A stretch of 18,026 nucleotides of DNA. It comes from an uncultured bacterium. Its GTDB lineage: Bacteria > SAR324 > NAC60-12. The translations under genes and the position numbers were made by a program. Within the stretch, counting starts at the first letter, position 1, and each line of letters starts with the position of its first letter. Location: assembly GCA_964010765.1 (NCBI GenBank), contig CAXGMD010000071.1:1-18026 (forward strand), in the 5' to 3' direction. Under the pieces are notes generated by a model that was given only the letters and a program-made list of their open reading frames with translations, had not been told where the DNA came from and did not search any database. Of this stretch, positions 15,013 through 18,026 are shown piece after piece.

Positions 15013-16341
15013 TTGAATCACTACGAATACAAAAACCTGCCAAGTGATTTGCGCTCCTCGTTGAGAAAGCAAAGCCTGCTTCCTATTTTAATTTGCACCT
15101 TTGCGCTTTCATACATCTTATATGTTGGGTACATTTTTGAAATAACAAAACTTTTTAGAGAAGCGAAAATTGAAAGAGGCGCTCTTTTAGCCTCTGACAT
15201 GTTTTCGTACAAAACACACACTACTTTAAATTTCAAAAAAGATTCGTTGACCATAGCCGTGGAGGGAGAAAGAGGAAGCACCTATAAATTAGATAATTAC
15301 CCAGATTGGTTCATCGGAGACAAGGATAAATTTGAAATTATTTTGAGAAATGGATTTAAACTTCGGTATGAAAAATCTGTACTTTATTATTTTGTACCAA
15401 ACTATGGTGAAATAGAAATATCTAAAAATAATGATCAGATTTTTGTTGATTTGCCTAATAAGAATTTATTACCTGAAGGTATTCGATTCAGTGAACTAAA
15501 ATTTGATGCAAGGCCTCATTTTGAGCATAGAATACAATACTCAAGATCCAAAATTGAAATACATTATTATGAATTTGGTTGGGAAAACTTTTGGTTTCCA
15601 ATGCATTCACCCTTCAACAATCTTAGTTTTGTTAATCTTTGGGAATTGATATTATCTTCAGATAGAATAAAGGCTGATGAATCAAATTTTATAACAATTT
15701 TTAATGAGTTTTGGAATCACCCAGATTGGCAGCATGGTGATTTAGCAGTTGCAGTTCTGGAAACAATCTTAATGGCTTTTTTAGGTACATTAGTGGCCAC
15801 TTTAGTTGGATTGCCATTGGCGTTTGCTGCAGCACAAAATATCAACCCCTCAAAACTTACACGATTTGGAATAAAAAGATTTTTTGATTTTGTCAGAGGC
15901 TTAGATTATCTGATCTGGTCACTAATCTTTATTCGATCATTTGGTTTGGGGCCCTTGACGGGAGCACTAGCAATTGCCTTCACTGACACTGGCACCTTGG
16001 GTAAGCTTTTTACCGAAGCATTAGAAAATGTTGAAAAAAAAGAGAGAGAAGGTGTCCAAGCAACAGGTGCAACACCAGTTCAGCAATTTCGCTTTGGAAT
16101 AATTCCTCAAATTTCTCCAATATTAGTTTCACAAATACTCTACTACTTTGAATCTAACACAAGGTCCGCAACCGTTATTGGGGCACTGGGAGCCGGCGGA
16201 ATTGGACTAATGCTTGTGCAGACGATGAGAACTAGACGTGATTGGGAGAATTCATTATACATAATTATAGTTGCACTAATTCTTGTGTTTTTGATTGATA
16301 ATTTGTCTAGCCGATTGAGAAAAAAATTGATTCGGGGTTGA
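15013..16341 (+). CDS. phnE: Second phosphonate ABC permease with a ~200-aa soluble insertion after the first helix
   Basis: C-terminal PhnE core (ETILMAFLGT, LIWSLIF.RSFGLGPL.G.LAI..TDTG.LGKLF.EALEN, FESNTRSATVIGALGAGGIG). TTG start 1 nt after the first phnE stop; the start is tentative. Confidence 0.9.
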   Translation: MNHYEYKNLPSDLRSSLRKQSLLPILICTFALSYILYVGYIFEITKLFREAKIERGALLASDMFSYKTHTTLNFKKDSLTIAVEGERGSTYKLDNYPDWFIGDKDKFEIILRNGFKLRYEKSVLYYFVPNYGEIEISKNNDQIFVDLPNKNLLPEGIRFSELKFDARPHFEHRIQYSRSKIEIHYYEFGWENFWFPMHSPFNNLSFVNLWELILSSDRIKADESNFITIFNEFWNHPDWQHGDLAVAVLETILMAFLGTLVATLVGLPLAFAAAQNINPSKLTRFGIKRFFDFVRGLDYLIWSLIFIRSFGLGPLTGALAIAFTDTGTLGKLFTEALENVEKKEREGVQATGATPVQQFRFGIIPQISPILVSQILYYFESNTRSATVIGALGAGGIGLMLVQTMRTRRDWENSLYIIIVALILVFLIDNLSSRLRKKLIRG

Positions 16342-16683
16342 ATCAATTCAACTCAAACAGAAGCTCCCGCCTGAATTTGCCAGCCAAAATTAACTCGTGA
16401 ACTTGGATTATTTTTATTCTAAAGAATTCACTACAACTGATATTCTTTTGATCTAAATAAAAAACTGGAGATTGACATAATATTCCACTTTGACTGATTT
16501 TTTACTGTTCTTAAAGAATATAAACTACCTTGTAACTCACCAAATATTGCATTTCGAATCCTATAAATTTATTTTCGTGTATGTCTGTTCACACTTTTTC
16601 AGGTAATTGAATCCAAACGTTGTTCTATCTCAGAAAAAGTCCGTTGGAAATCTAGTATACCTAAAAGATTCAAGCAAGATAGA

Positions 16684-16727
16684 ATTTAAGTTTTCCTAAT
16701 TAAAAGCTAACAAATTGGAAATAATAT
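16684..16727 (+). promoter_or_regulatory. Pho-box-like promoter of the terminal phosphatase-like gene
   Basis: ATTTAAG-TTTT-CCTAATT-AAAA-GCTAACA (16684-16712), 9 nt, TAATAT (16722-16727). Confidence 0.6.
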
Positions 16728-16763
16728 GAAGTTGTTTCGTCAACTTAATTTTCACCAAAACTT

Positions 16764-18026
16764 ATGGATAAATCTATGGGAAAATTTTCAGTAGCAGTTG
16801 TTGCTTTCCTTACGAGCTTAGTAAGCACTTCTATGGCAAAAGATTTCAATTACATTTCATCCTTTTCTACATCAGACAACATCGAAATTTCTGGTGTTGA
16901 AACTGCTGCAGAAATTGTTGCTGCGTCAGAAGATGGCCAAATGCTTATCTACAGTGATAGTCCAATGTTTGCTGTAGGCATGATTGATATATCAGATTCA
17001 AGTGAGCCAAAACCGTTGGGGTTCATTCAATTAGGAGGTGAACCTACCTCTGTGAGTGTAAAGAACGGGCTCGCATACGTTGGAATAAATACGTCAGAAA
17101 ACTATGTAAATCCCACCGGTAAGTTAGTTGTAATCGATCTTGAAACAGAAAGGGTTGTTAGAGAAACAGATCTTGGCGGTCAACCCGACAGCGTAGCAGT
17201 TGCGCCAGACGGTAGTTTTGTAGCGGTAGCTATCGAAAACGAAAGGAATGAGGATATTAATGATGAGCAAATACCACAATTGCCCGGGGGGTTTTTAGCT
17301 TTGGTTGATTCTGAAGGAAATCTCGAAAAGGTTGACCTTACAGGATTAAGCAAAATCGCTCCTAATGACCCTGAACCAGAATTTGTTGATATCAACAAAC
17401 TTGGCGAAACAGTTGTCACTTTGCAAGAAAACAATTGGATAACCGTCATCAGTAAAGAAGGAGTTGTACTTAATGATTTCAGCGCTGGAACCGTCAATCT
17501 GAGAAATGTTGACAACACAAAAGATGGAGTGCTGAGCTTAACAGACGATATTTTCGGTGTTCGGCGAGAACCTGATGCGGTCAAATGGATCGACAACAAC
17601 CACTTTGTCACAGCCAATGAGGGAGACTACAAGCATGAAGCGCCAGGACAAGCAAAACGCGGTGGTTCCAGAGGATGGACAATCTGGCACAAGGACGGGA
17701 ATGTAGTTTTTGAGTCAGGGGCGTCTTTCGAGCGTGCGCTGGCCCTTGCTGGTTACTGGCCAGAAGGAAGAGCTGCAAAGAAGGGTGTTGAACCAGAATC
17801 TGTTGAGGTAGGTACTTTCCATGGGAAAAAGTTAGTATTTATCGGGGCGGAACGCGCAAATGCAATTGGGGTTTACGACATTTCGGATATTAAGAATCCA
17901 AAATTAAATCAGATTCTTTCAACAGGTATTGGACCTGAAGGCCTTTTGGCAATAGAGAAAAGGAATTTATTTATCTCTGCCAACGAAGTAGATACTGAGA
18001 AAAGTATTACAATTTACCAAAATTGA
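16764..18026 (+). CDS. Secreted beta-propeller alkaline-phosphatase-like protein (choice-of-anchor I-like domain)
   Basis: Signal peptide (..STSMA|KD). Acidic blade motifs AEIV, GEPTSV, GQPDSV, IENE, PEPEFV, TLQENN, REPDAV, TANEGD, KGVEPE, ERAN, GPEGL, ANEVD. The start may be ATG 16776 (GGA 7 nt upstream). Stop TGA at 18024-18026. Confidence 0.72.
   Translation: MDKSMGKFSVAVVAFLTSLVSTSMAKDFNYISSFSTSDNIEISGVETAAEIVAASEDGQMLIYSDSPMFAVGMIDISDSSEPKPLGFIQLGGEPTSVSVKNGLAYVGINTSENYVNPTGKLVVIDLETERVVRETDLGGQPDSVAVAPDGSFVAVAIENERNEDINDEQIPQLPGGFLALVDSEGNLEKVDLTGLSKIAPNDPEPEFVDINKLGETVVTLQENNWITVISKEGVVLNDFSAGTVNLRNVDNTKDGVLSLTDDIFGVRREPDAVKWIDNNHFVTANEGDYKHEAPGQAKRGGSRGWTIWHKDGNVVFESGASFERALALAGYWPEGRAAKKGVEPESVEVGTFHGKKLVFIGAERANAIGVYDISDIKNPKLNQILSTGIGPEGLLAIEKRNLFISANEVDTEKSITIYQN

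Noticed and set aside
3549..16474. ACTGGAGATTG present upstream of both phosphatases (3549 and 16464); AGTATTATTCG at 3109 and 3300
   Set aside because: Tens of chance 11-mer pair matches are expected in 18 kb, and the positions relative to starts differ.
16342..16683. AT-rich intergenic region with TTGACA (16472) and a degenerate duplication (about 16411-16438 versus 16498-16530)
   Set aside because: No properly spaced -10 and no credible ORF; the similarity is explainable by low complexity.
258..17617. Many short overlapping or antisense ORFs in the track (e.g. 258-488, 2677-2943, 3813-5584 set, 6329-6631, 7219-7830, 17180-17617)
   Set aside because: All lie within well-supported genes, show no recognisable motifs, and are expected shadow frames.

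Overview
A bacterial phosphorus-scavenging locus; the protein styles suggest a marine bacterium, but taxonomy cannot be fixed from this window. Left to right: the 3' part of a carbohydrate ABC permease, a convergent EEP-family phosphoesterase, a ~430-bp non-coding stretch rich in stem-loops, an LPLAT-family acyltransferase, a possible 42-aa membrane peptide, and a 704-aa secreted phosphatase with PhoX-like metal motifs behind a structured leader. Next come a PhnZ-type HD oxygenase divergent from a compact C-P lyase operon (phnGHIJKLM), the transporter phnCDE1E2, and a secreted beta-propeller alkaline-phosphatase-like protein. phnF, phnN, phnO, phnP and phnY are not in the window. The main unannotated signal is a recurring direct repeat (about CCTAACA-N4, 11-bp period, Pho-box-like). 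At five sites it is followed 9 nt later by a TA-starting -10-like hexamer: before the acyltransferase, both phosphatases, phnC and a candidate structured sRNA (~1795-2076). The cleanest copy is an orphan 4-unit array between two convergent genes (5935-5978).
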